DNA of 64,000 nt, from positions 1,240,001 to 1,304,000 of the forward strand of contig VRMN01000001.1 in NCBI GenBank assembly GCA_008690995.1. Direction: 5' to 3'. A program made the position numbers and the translations under genes. Shown piece by piece: positions 42,630 to 52,737 of this stretch. The stretch's first letter is position 1; each line of letters begins with the position of its first letter. Source of the DNA: Porphyridium purpureum (Eukaryota). The notes under the pieces were generated by a model. It worked only from the letters and a program-made list of their open reading frames with translations. It was not told the DNA's origin and did not search any database.

Positions 42630-45416
42630 ATGGACGTCAGGAGCGGGTTCTTGTTCGCGTTGACGCGGAATCGTGCGGATACTCGTCACCCGCACCAATG
42701 GTCTCAGACTTGGGCTTGTCCCGAAGGACCGGCGAGTGCGCCACAGTGTCGGCGGAGGCGTAGCAACGCCTCGGCAGCCGGCCGCGGCGGCGTGGAAAGA
42801 GCACGCAGGCACGCCACGACTTTCGGCTGCATTGTTTGCGGCAGAGCCAGAACACCGCAAGCACTGAAGGCGGCAGAAGTAGGCCGTGAAGAGCGGCCAG
42901 AGCAACCGTCGCAACCGTCGCAACCGTCGCATCCGTCACATCCGTCACAGCAGCGCCAAATTCATGGTATCGACACTGGCGGCCCACAGGGGGAACAGGA
43001 ACCGCAGCAGTATGGTTCTCGTTCGGACAGCTTTGAGCAAATGACGACAGCTGGTTTAGCGCTGCCTATCACAGCCCTGGAGAGCAGGAGCGGCGATGTC
43101 ATATACATGGACCGATACGGCACGAGTCGCTTCCGGAGTCGCATTCCGCAGAACTCGAAATCGTCGTTTTCAACGCTTCTCGAGTGCCTGGATGCAGCCG
43201 TTTCTGATTATTTTGCCCTTCTAAGATCACGAGAGCATGCAGTGGAGGATGAGAATCACGTGCACGATGCCCTGCATATGTCACTGGCCTGGATCGAAAG
43301 GATAACGGCGTCATTCCGCACGCGATATGCTGTACTTGCATGCGTGGGCAAGGTCCTTGTGAAGCTGTTGCGCACCTCACCGGCAGACCATCAGATTTAT
43401 ATTCGGGAGTTCATGTGCGAAAGCAGGTTTGAAAACGAATGGCTCGAAGCCGTATCTGACGCATTATTACGAAGTGCGACGTGTACGTGTACGTACTGCT
43501 GTGAGTCGCATTTACTTTCTTACTTGCTCAGGCAGGGTAGCGACTTTGCACAGAGCCAGGGCCACGTGACGCTTTCCACGTGCTGGCTGTGCAACTTCGA
43601 CCATACGCGGGCGCTGGTGGGCCGACTTCTGCCTCTCCCCGAGCTCGCTCGCCACGCATCGCTGGTGCTACTTTCAGAGCCACCATCAAGCCTGGTGCCT
43701 TCATCGTTTGATCGCGTGGATGGAGCGCACGCGCTTCTTGAACTGTATACGTCACTTTACTTTGTTGCACGCAACGCGGCGCTCAAACGGGTTCAGTGCG
43801 AGCGCATGCCGTTTATCACGTTCGCGAATGTAACGCACGTTCTGGGTGCCGCACAAATGCGACCGGATGCACGGTTTTGGGACACATGGCATATGGCCGC
43901 AGTGGCCGAGCACGGCCAGATGATCGCTGGGATGGACGCACAGGCTCTCGCGAACATCATATGGAGCCTCGGGGCGCAGCGCGTCACTCCGGATCGCACG
44001 GTGCTTTCCGCGCTGATGGAACGGTACACCGCTTTCGGCGCGGATCACAGCAGTGCGCAGGAAACCGCAAATTTTATTTGGGGCGCTTCGCAGATGAATC
44101 GCGAAGCCGTGCTTGCCGCGAGTCTTTCGAACGGAGCGCGTACGTGGCAAAAATGGCTTCGTTCGTTCGTCAGTTCTTCACGAAAGATGAACGCTCACGA
44201 GCTTAGCATTTCCTTGTGGTCGCTGGCCGAGCTTGGGATCGACAAGGCGATCTGTGGCGGTTCGGTTGTGGGTGAGGATTTCGAGTGGTGGGTAGTTTAC
44301 GGTAAGGGAGAGCTGGCGCGCGTGTGGCAACTTGCATTTCGTGAGCGCATGGCAGAGCGCAGTCGAACGAGCAGCACACTCAGCCTTAGAGACAGGCATG
44401 AGTCCCAAACACACGACTGCACCCCGCAGTCGCTTGCCAATGTGCTCTGGGCGCTAGACCGACTCGGGATTGCTCTGCATACCGATTTTCTTCAAGCCTT
44501 TACGTCTGCGTTTTCGCGGTGCAGCGAGGCTGCGAATCCGTTCGAGCTACGCTCCATCTTGCGTTCAATGGTGGCACTGCAGGTGATTCCCAGCGCAGCT
44601 TTTCTTTCTGCCTGGCGGCGCGGATGGGAGGCATCCATGCGGAGTGTGCGTGAAGTCGAAGAAGTGATCGCGCCTACGCGGTCAGATTTGCTGTCGTATG
44701 CTGTATCGCTCACTCAGCTGAAGCAGCTCGATTTTGGTCTCGAAATGATGCAAGCATTCGACACCGCATGTTGTGTCGAGCCGTATCGCGACGGCTACAC
44801 AAGTGCGAGGGAAGAGATGATGACAGCGTCGGATTACAGGTTTGTCGTGTGGGCCTGCAGGAATCTTGGCTATGTGTTGACTGCAAAAGCACGCCAACGG
44901 CTCATGGCAGATTTTGAAGTATGCTTGGAAGCTTTACCGAGTATTGGAAACAGCATGGAACGCTCACGCGCCGAGATGGACGCATTCGCATTCTTGTGGG
45001 GGGCTGTGCATTTCGAATGGGACGTGCCACGCAAAGTGGCGCTCATGTGGAGTGAATGCATGCTTCCGAATATGACCGCAATGAGCGCTGGCGTATTTGT
45101 AAATAGCGTAAGACTGCTCGCCCGCCTTGAGGCACGCGCTTCGAGTGAGTGGTTCGCAGCATGGAGCGCACGCTTCGTAAATAACTCGCAGAGCCAGCCG
45201 CTATGTGCGCGCGCGGTGGTACAATGCTGGTGTGCGTTGGGGCGGCTCGGCATGCGCCCGGACGCCGCGACCGTGCGTGCCTTCGAGTTGTGCTTTCTGG
45301 CCCATCTCGACGAGTACGACTACAAGTCGTTGTTCGAAATAATCAAGGTGTTCCGTTTGTTTGGAATCACACCCGACGCACAGTGGGTCCCTCGCCTCGC
45401 GCAGGAATTGCTGTGA
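42630..45416 (+). CDS. Octotricopeptide-repeat (OPR)/FAST-like helical-repeat RNA-binding protein
   Basis: Repeats AQALANIIWSLG..RVTP, AQETANFIWG, AHELSISLWSLAELG, PQSLANVLWALDRLG and WCALGRLGMRP; start 42630 or 42507. Confidence 0.8.
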   Translation: MDVRSGFLFALTRNRADTRHPHQWSQTWACPEGPASAPQCRRRRSNASAAGRGGVERARRHATTFGCIVCGRARTPQALKAAEVGREERPEQPSQPSQPSHPSHPSQQRQIHGIDTGGPQGEQEPQQYGSRSDSFEQMTTAGLALPITALESRSGDVIYMDRYGTSRFRSRIPQNSKSSFSTLLECLDAAVSDYFALLRSREHAVEDENHVHDALHMSLAWIERITASFRTRYAVLACVGKVLVKLLRTSPADHQIYIREFMCESRFENEWLEAVSDALLRSATCTCTYCCESHLLSYLLRQGSDFAQSQGHVTLSTCWLCNFDHTRALVGRLLPLPELARHASLVLLSEPPSSLVPSSFDRVDGAHALLELYTSLYFVARNAALKRVQCERMPFITFANVTHVLGAAQMRPDARFWDTWHMAAVAEHGQMIAGMDAQALANIIWSLGAQRVTPDRTVLSALMERYTAFGADHSSAQETANFIWGASQMNREAVLAASLSNGARTWQKWLRSFVSSSRKMNAHELSISLWSLAELGIDKAICGGSVVGEDFEWWVVYGKGELARVWQLAFRERMAERSRTSSTLSLRDRHESQTHDCTPQSLANVLWALDRLGIALHTDFLQAFTSAFSRCSEAANPFELRSILRSMVALQVIPSAAFLSAWRRGWEASMRSVREVEEVIAPTRSDLLSYAVSLTQLKQLDFGLEMMQAFDTACCVEPYRDGYTSAREEMMTASDYRFVVWACRNLGYVLTAKARQRLMADFEVCLEALPSIGNSMERSRAEMDAFAFLWGAVHFEWDVPRKVALMWSECMLPNMTAMSAGVFVNSVRLLARLEARASSEWFAAWSARFVNNSQSQPLCARAVVQCWCALGRLGMRPDAATVRAFELCFLAHLDEYDYKSLFEIIKVFRLFGITPDAQWVPRLAQELL

Positions 45417-45611
45417 AAGTCTCACAGTGTGGTGACCTCCATTGCGCAAGCATATTTACGATTGTGTTGTTCAAACATCAAGGGACTCTATCTCTATATA
45501 TATCTTACTTTATGCCTTGCGCTACCATTTGGAGCGTGCGCCGGCTACGGTATCGCGTGCGAGATCATCTGGGACGCACATCCAGTCGCTCACACCCTCG
45601 TGAAAAACTAT

Positions 45612-47261
45612 TCAGTACTGGGCGACAAACAATGAATTGAAGTCTGGATTTTCAAGGACATATGGAACGGACAGAGGCGGCTCCGCCTCGTACTCAGCGC
45701 TTGTCACCAGGTCGCAGCTGCCAAGGACGGAGCCAGCATTCTCGTCGTCATCTTCTTCCATAATAAGCAGATCGCCAGGATCGTCGCGGCTCATGAGAAT
45801 GAAATCATAGTCGGTATTCACCGAGTCGTGACATATTCCTGGTACGTGCGAGCCGGCGAGCTCCGGGTTTTCCAAGACGGGAGGCAGGGCAGAACCCGTC
45901 ACTGGGCTGCGTGCACAGTCATCCAGCGTAGCAGGTCCATAAATACCGGTCGAACTGGTACGCGCCGTGTGCGTCAATGGAATGGACGCAGGCGAAACAC
46001 CCTGCTCCGGCGCATCGTGAAGTTGAAGATGCGACGCAGCACGGGCGAGAACCGCAGGCCTTGCCGTACCACATGCCTCCGATAGAGAAAGCGTGGGATA
46101 TCGCAGTGCCAGCGACTCGGACTTGAGGCCGCGCCGTTGCGCCTCGCGCTCGAGCTTCATCTCGTACTTTTGGGCGTGTGTACGCACCTGCTGCGCTGTG
46201 CGCGTGCCCACTGTCGCGGCAATAGCGGTGTAGCTCTTGAGTCCGTGCACTTGTAAACCAAGTAAAAAGCGCTCGTGCTCGGCGCGATTCCAGTAGCGCG
46301 TCTGTCCCTCTGCCGTCCCGGACGAAGCCGCACTCCCGCCCTTCTTCATGCGCTTGTACGGACGGCTGGACGCTGTGCTGGCCACAGACGAATACGCCGG
46401 ACTCGCGGGCACCGCCATCGCAGCCGTGGGGCCCGCCAGGCCCGTGTTCTTAGGCGACAACTCCCGGCTTGTATGAGACACGGGCGACATGATTGGCAAC
46501 GGGCTGGCTCCGCCATCCGACGATACCAATGATTTGGTGGGCGCTGCGGCCTTGGTGTTCCTTTCGGGCGTCGCAGGGTTGTTCAGCGGAGTGTGAGACC
46601 CGTTCGAGTTGCGCATACTCTCAGCGCGCTCGCCAGTGGCACCTAGCTTGAGAGGCACCACTCCTGCCGGCGCTGAACGCTTGTTTTTCCTGACAGGCGA
46701 CAGACGAGATGTGGCTGTTGTCGCGGTCGCCATTCGTGCGTCCTGGTGCTGGGGAGGCGATAGCGACGGCGGCAGTAGCGTGCTCTCTGCATCCTGCTCG
46801 GTGGTTTGGCCAGACGAAATGCTGCTGTTCGATGGCACCGAAGTGCTGGTACCCCCTGGTACCACGCGTGATGGCGTGCTAGGCGCATCGGCCGGCGTGG
46901 CAGACGCAAGGTCAGACTCTTTCGGGTCGTTCAACACCGCAGAAAGGTTTGGCTCGATTGTTGCAGTTCCCTCTGCGCGTGCGACGAGCTCGCGCAGCTT
47001 TTTCAGTTCGGCCACATTGATAGACAGACTGAGCTCGAGCTCTGCGATCCGAATCAGTTGCTGCTGCTGCACCGTGCGCAGCACGTCGCAGCTCACGTGG
47101 ATCGAGCTCGATGACACTGCGCGTGCCGGCGATTTCCCCGGCCCACAGCTCCTGTCCCTCGCTTGATTCTGGAGCTGTGCGGACGCGGCCGGCAGCGCTG
47201 TGGCCACGGGCGCCTTGCCCGGCCGGGCACCGGCCCGTGCTGGGCTCTTCGAATTTGTCAT
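45612..47261 (-). CDS. Single-repeat Myb transcription factor (SHAQKYF class)
   Basis: RYWNRAEHERFLLGL...VGTRTAQQVRTHAQKY; N-terminal coiled coil; acidic C-terminus. Confidence 0.92.
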   Translation of the reverse strand: MTNSKSPARAGARPGKAPVATALPAASAQLQNQARDRSCGPGKSPARAVSSSSIHVSCDVLRTVQQQQLIRIAELELSLSINVAELKKLRELVARAEGTATIEPNLSAVLNDPKESDLASATPADAPSTPSRVVPGGTSTSVPSNSSISSGQTTEQDAESTLLPPSLSPPQHQDARMATATTATSRLSPVRKNKRSAPAGVVPLKLGATGERAESMRNSNGSHTPLNNPATPERNTKAAAPTKSLVSSDGGASPLPIMSPVSHTSRELSPKNTGLAGPTAAMAVPASPAYSSVASTASSRPYKRMKKGGSAASSGTAEGQTRYWNRAEHERFLLGLQVHGLKSYTAIAATVGTRTAQQVRTHAQKYEMKLEREAQRRGLKSESLALRYPTLSLSEACGTARPAVLARAASHLQLHDAPEQGVSPASIPLTHTARTSSTGIYGPATLDDCARSPVTGSALPPVLENPELAGSHVPGICHDSVNTDYDFILMSRDDPGDLLIMEEDDDENAGSVLGSCDLVTSAEYEAEPPLSVPYVLENPDFNSLFVAQY

Positions 47262-48716
47262 GAGGGAGAGCCGCGGCGCACACCACAGAAGAAAGCCTGC
47301 TCCGTGCGAGTCGCGTCACCCTTCACTCACGCCCGCGTGCGTGGAAGTATATCCCACCTCTCAGTACGCGTGTGTCTCGACACAACGCGCGCAGTCCCCA
47401 AATCACGATCCTGGCCCGCTTGATTCACCGCCGCGAATACCTTGGCATCGATGTGTGCCCGTGTCACGCGCGCGAGCCTTCAAATACCGGTCGGCGAGCC
47501 GCGTGTGCTTTTTTGCCTCCAGCCCTTGTTCGCAGCGCTCGTCTGCCTTCCTGGTGCGGCGGGTGGTCTCCTCACTTCCTGTATACTCTTCGCTCTCTCT
47601 GTCCTCTCGCTTCACATCCACCATCCAAATCAGGGCGCTGGTCCACAGCAGCCTCTGTGCATGCGCGTCTGGGTAAGTCTGTGCTCCACGTTTTCCGCCT
47701 ACACCCTTTGCTCTTGCTTCTTCCTCATCACACAACAACATGTGTGCGCGCACAGCCTCGCCAGAACAACCAACAAAAAACACATGCACCTCATTTCGCT
47801 AAGGCTGTGCTCCCTTTTTTTTTTTTTGGCGTTTCGGTCGCACGTGTGTCCAACAAAACCGGGCCGAATTCCGGGTTGCACATTCTCCCATTCAGAGTCC
47901 TAAGAGAGTCTTTAGTCTCAAGGGCCCCTACCACGTGATTTTGCGGTGCCGTGACGCTTGACAGAAAAAAAGGACGCCCCAAAATCTTGCAGGGGATGGT
48001 GCTTTGTGCATGAACCAGACATGCCGTGGTCGGTTGGGGCACGTGGGCGCTTTTTTTGGTAGGGGGCCCGCTTTTGAGGGGTGGGTGTCTGGAATAAAGG
48101 CAACGCGGGCTTTGTGGGAATGGAACGCAGTTTGATAGATTGTTCTTCGAGAAAAAGAAAAGCGCACACTCACAAACACACATAAAAACACGCACGAACA
48201 GATGAATGAGACGTGAGGAGGAACCGTACCCACTACCTCTATATCATATACCGCCATCCAACAATCCAGAACGCCGTAGAATCTATCTCGTTGACATTTC
48301 TCATAGCAACGCCGCACACTCACAAACAGATGGCCGACAACACAGCACGTGAGCGAGTAGAATGTGCAGTCAATCCCCCCGCACCCGCGCGCGCGACATG
48401 GGTGCCTCGTGCGTCCGGCGCAGCTATGAGCGTGGCCGTTTGTGCGCGGCAGCAACTGTGCGACGTCGAGCAAAGGAGCGATGGGCCGTGCGTGTTGGCG
48501 CACGCCGGCGAAAGAAACGCACCAGACGCCTCAACCGGAAATCCTCATGTTCCTCTTCTACACAGTTCGTGCTAGGCGCAGCACCAGACAAGGTGTCTTC
48601 CTTTCAAAGAATATGTTTACGAGTATGTATGGGTCAAAGCGCTGCGGCACTTGGGCAGGCTGCCGCGAAGCACGAATCGCCCAACCACTTGGCGCTTGCT
48701 CTTCTTGCCCTCGCGG

Positions 48717-49502
48717 TTAGCCGAGACCCGACGCGTACACTTGCGTGTCCAGGTTCTTCACCGCGGGCTGCAGCACCTGATCAATCAGGCCGTACTCGCG
48801 AGCCTCGTAAGCCGTTAGGTACATGTCGCGCTTGAGGTCCTCCATGATGAGCGACTCGGCGCGCCCCGTGAACTTGGCCATGAGTTTAGCATACTTGTCG
48901 CGCTGGTTGAGCGTCTGACGCACCTCGACGGCCACGTCAGATGCCTGGCCCCTCACGAGGTCCGGCAGGGATGGTGCCTGGATCAAGTAACGCGCGTTCG
49001 GCAAGGAAAAGCGCTTACCCTTGGTGCCTGCCGCGCAGATCAGGGCGGACATGCCGGCGGCAAGCCCCATGTTGAGTGTGGATATGGGGCACTTGAGCGA
49101 CATCAGCGCATCCAGCACGGCAAACCCGCCACTTGTCACGGTTCCTGGGCACTGGAAGTAGAGTGTGATCGGAGACTCTGGGTCGTCCGCGCTCAGGTAC
49201 AATAATTGGGCAATCATCTGATTCGCAATCTCATCGTCTAGATCCTGCCCGACAAACATGATTCGGTCCCGCATCAAACGCTCGAACACGTCAATAAACT
49301 GGTAATCCTGCTGACCCGGCGCCTTGTACGGCACGCGCGGACTCCCCGCCATCATGACAGGCGCGCGGCTTGCGTGGCTGCGACCGCGCCGCGCACTGTT
49401 CACGACTCGGCATCTAGATCCTAAGCTGCGCGGCGCCTGTGCCGCAGCGGCGCCCACCGGAAGCGTCCATGTCGTACCTGTGAATGCTGCCATACCAGCC
49501 AT
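48717..49502 (-). CDS. clpR: Plastid Clp protease non-catalytic subunit ClpR
   Basis: ClpP fold (RDRIMFVG, AQLLYL, RDMYLTAYEAREYGLID) with catalytic Ser replaced (GLAAGM) and His absent (YLIQAP); transit peptide MAAFTG. Confidence 0.88.
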   Translation of the reverse strand: MAGMAAFTGTTWTLPVGAAAAQAPRSLGSRCRVVNSARRGRSHASRAPVMMAGSPRVPYKAPGQQDYQFIDVFERLMRDRIMFVGQDLDDEIANQMIAQLLYLSADDPESPITLYFQCPGTVTSGGFAVLDALMSLKCPISTLNMGLAAGMSALICAAGTKGKRFSLPNARYLIQAPSLPDLVRGQASDVAVEVRQTLNQRDKYAKLMAKFTGRAESLIMEDLKRDMYLTAYEAREYGLIDQVLQPAVKNLDTQVYASGLG

Positions 49503-50006
49503 GCCGCCGACCAATGTCCCACGCGCAAAACTCCTTCGGCCAAACTCCGCCGTCACCCCGCCCCACTCGCCCAGCTCGTCATTGTCATACGAAGTCGCGC
49601 TCGGCTGGAGTTTGTAGCGACAGTACAGTGACAGATGCTGGACACCTGGAGGTACTCTTCACTGAACACCCGTTCGCCACACTATGCGCCGCAGGAGCCA
49701 GCGAGACGCACTGAGAAGCAGCATGGCCTCGGGACTGCAGCCGGCAGGCAACATGTTTACGACGCTGGTTCATGTATGCCCAATCACCCATGAGCAGTAT
49801 CAAGGCCGAATCGCGCAGCCAAAGAACGACCATGTGTATCGATTTTGCGACACATCGTAAACTGTAGGCACAACCGCACGCAGTAGACAGCATTCAGAGT
49901 GGACCGCAGCCGTCACGAATGTCGTCTCCAATGCCCATACGTATTCCAGACAAAGTCATCCAGAGTCAAAGTTGACAAATAATTTACTGATGTAGGTCTG
50001 GCCACT

Positions 50007-50972
50007 TCACAAGATGAAAGTGAGTTTCTCAAAGTTCGGGTGGGTGGAGCGGAACATGCAGAGTCCCGATGGCGTCCAGTCATCCAGTGGGAAAATCAGG
50101 CAGCTACTATGCACGGGCTGGCACCGGAACGTCTCAATTAGGAGCTGCACGTCCAACTGCGGACAGAATGACACGTCAACAGATTCAACCGTCGGTACCG
50201 ATCGCACGAGTCGGTGCACGCCACGCATGGAGACATTCTCGCAGCCTCTCACTGAGAGGTGTTGAAGGTTCAGGGCGTACTTTGCGAGCATGGCCATGTA
50301 CTTGTCGTCCACGTTCGCCATGTAGCTGACATTGAGTGATTTGAGCTGCGGGAACAGCATGCGGTTTTGCTTCTGCCGGCGCCTTTCGCGCAGCACATCC
50401 GGTGTCGCCTCACCGTTCTCACCCGTGCTCTGCAGCATAGACTCCGAATCTTCCTGCGAATCGGTGCCGAGCAATCTGTTTGTGCGCCACGCGCGCTCGA
50501 AAATCTGCTCGACCGCGCTTGGAGCGCAACCGCTCAGCGACAGGTGCTGCAGGGGTACAAGCCTGAGCGCGCGCAGGCCTGTGCCTCGCACTAGCCGGCA
50601 GCGCGCAAGGTCGAGACTCCGTAACTTGGGCAAGTGCTCACCAATGTACGCAAGCAACTCATCGTCGGCCAGCCACTCGTTGCGGCGAAAGCTCAGGGTT
50701 TCCACGCCCGAGCATTGACTCAGCACGGTTCGCGCCTCGGTGCGAAACACGTCGAGCTTCTGTCGCATGCGCGGGAAACTGAACTCCAGGTCGCGCACGT
50801 CTGGAAACGCGTGCGAGCGCGCCACTTCACGGAAGCTCTGTGAGACTGCTGCCAGCCGATAAATTTCCATCACATCCATGTCGCTCGCGAGAGTCACACA
50901 TTTTGCCAGCACGTCCGCCGGCAACTTGTCCAGCGCCGGAGCGGCGCGACTCGCCACTGCAACTGGCTCCAT
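50007..50972 (-). CDS. F-box/LRR (FBXL-like) protein
   Basis: LDKLPADVL...LAAVSQSFR F-box; Cys-containing LRRs LRSLDLARC, LQHLSLSGC and LQHLSVRGCENVS. Confidence 0.88.
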   Translation of the reverse strand: MEPVAVASRAAPALDKLPADVLAKCVTLASDMDVMEIYRLAAVSQSFREVARSHAFPDVRDLEFSFPRMRQKLDVFRTEARTVLSQCSGVETLSFRRNEWLADDELLAYIGEHLPKLRSLDLARCRLVRGTGLRALRLVPLQHLSLSGCAPSAVEQIFERAWRTNRLLGTDSQEDSESMLQSTGENGEATPDVLRERRRQKQNRMLFPQLKSLNVSYMANVDDKYMAMLAKYALNLQHLSVRGCENVSMRGVHRLVRSVPTVESVDVSFCPQLDVQLLIETFRCQPVHSSCLIFPLDDWTPSGLCMFRSTHPNFEKLTFIL

Positions 50973-51911
50973 TGGGTGTCTTTCTTTCAGAGTCTCAACG
51001 CTCGTGTCCCTGTCTCACACCTCCACCACGTCTCACCTATCACCGTTCAAAGCCTTCAGCTTGCCAATTGCACCTTTTACGTTCCTTCTGATCAGGTGGC
51101 GGCGTTCAGTCTGAGGCTTTATAGAGCCTTCGCCCAAGCCACGATTCGCCACGCTCTGAGCACGCGCGCGTTTGCATGACGTCTCGATCGCATGAATGTT
51201 GAACGATTGCCAGCCACCCACAGGCTTTGCGCGGCTTTGTCGCGCGGATGTTGTCTCGTACTCCGTGTCAAGCTGCTGCTTCGTCGAAGCGGCGTCGTGG
51301 CGTGCGCACGGGCGTTGGGGAAGCGGAAGCGGAGGTATGTTCAGAAAACACACGCGAACGAGCACAACTGGGCGGGATTGTCACGCGCACACAAAACGAT
51401 TCGTTCGAAAATGAGGGCTGCATTGGTAGGTTTTGATTTCATCATCCATTGGGGGATTCGTCGTAGAAACCGTGTGATTTCATCGTGTCGCTCGGTCATC
51501 GGCTCATGGGTTTCGGTAGAATTTAACACGGGAACAGAGGGATAGACGCGGAGGGTGAGGTAAGTGTGATGATGACCGCGTCGCGCGGTCCCGCACGACA
51601 GGTTTCCCGGCATGGATTGTCAGCAGCCTGGGACAAGCCGCCGAGGTACTGGAATACGGAATCGCACCGCGCGCCTGTTCGGTCCTCCGTTCCCGGTTCT
51701 GGCGGCGGCCGTCCACGTGAAGGAGCATTGCACTGATGGACAGACGAATGAATCGCGTAAGAAAGGAATCTAGTCACACACGAATTAGGCGGGGTCTAAA
51801 TAATCGAAAAGAAGACGAAACGTGCGTGCTGAAGCCGAGCTTCCGTCCGACTTGGCCGTCACCTGAGGACGCCGCGCGGCCAGGGTAGTGGCTGACGTGC
51901 GAGTGCGTTCG

Positions 51912-52520
51912 CTAGACCTGGGCTTGAGATTGGGTTTGCTGTTGGTGCATGCGCACACGTTCCTTGCGGAGCTCGCGGAGCGCAATGACACGGAAGCGCT
52001 CCAAATCGGCCAGTAGCGTGCGTTCAACGTAGTTCCCGACAAAGTCGCTCTTCATGAGAGCTGCAATGAAGCCCGGGACGTTGAAAGACACAGTCAACGT
52101 CATGTTCGTGCTCGCGCCGTCGTCCGCGTCGGCGAAGGTCACCTTTCCGCGATTACTCAACCCGGTCACGCTCTCCCACTGGATGATCTCCGGTTCCTCG
52201 ACGCGCACATTACGCGCTCTCCAGCTGACCGAGATTCCTCTGGCCGCCAGCTTCCACGTCGACAGAGTAGGGTCCTGCTCGTCCACAACGACTTTTTCCA
52301 GCCATGGTGACCACTGCGGCATTGCCTCCAAGTTTGAGTACCGGCTGAACACAAACTCGCGCGGCGCCTCCACCTTGAGCCGCGCGTGCGTTTCCAACCA
52401 TGTCATTCTGATTCCTTGCCGCGCACGCGCTCGCGCAGTGAGAGAGCCGCAGCGTGTCTTGTCCACATGCAAACCGCGCTGCTGACCGGCGACAAAAGGC
52501 TGCACAAACGTGATATCCAT
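51912..52520 (-). CDS. SRPBCC/polyketide cyclase-like protein, plastid-targeted
   Basis: WLETHARLKVEAP...MPQWSPWL...IQWESVTGLSNRGKVTF...ADLERF; transit peptide MDITFVQ. Confidence 0.88.
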   Translation of the reverse strand: MDITFVQPFVAGQQRGLHVDKTRCGSLTARARARQGIRMTWLETHARLKVEAPREFVFSRYSNLEAMPQWSPWLEKVVVDEQDPTLSTWKLAARGISVSWRARNVRVEEPEIIQWESVTGLSNRGKVTFADADDGASTNMTLTVSFNVPGFIAALMKSDFVGNYVERTLLADLERFRVIALRELRKERVRMHQQQTQSQAQV

Positions 52521-52737
52521 CACACGTCAACCTCGTTCAGCTCCCCTGCTCTCTCTCTCTCTCTCTCCACCCGGTATCAACCTCTTCGACCCACAAAGCT
52601 TTTGTGTCCAACTAAACTTCCAGCGACTCCGTGGTGGAAGGCCAAGCAGACCGATAAGCTTTTGGTTAAATCCGAAATGAACCGATCGGAGTCAACCGGC
52701 ATGACGCTCAGGTGGCGGCGTTGATGCGTGTGTGGGG

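Noticed and set aside
47300..48700. ORFs and a GTAAGT donor-like site upstream of the Myb gene
   Set aside because: Low-complexity promoter/UTR-like sequence; no supported exon structure.
48717..49502. Loss of the catalytic Ser and His in a ClpP homolog as a novelty
   Set aside because: This is the expected state of plastid ClpR subunits.
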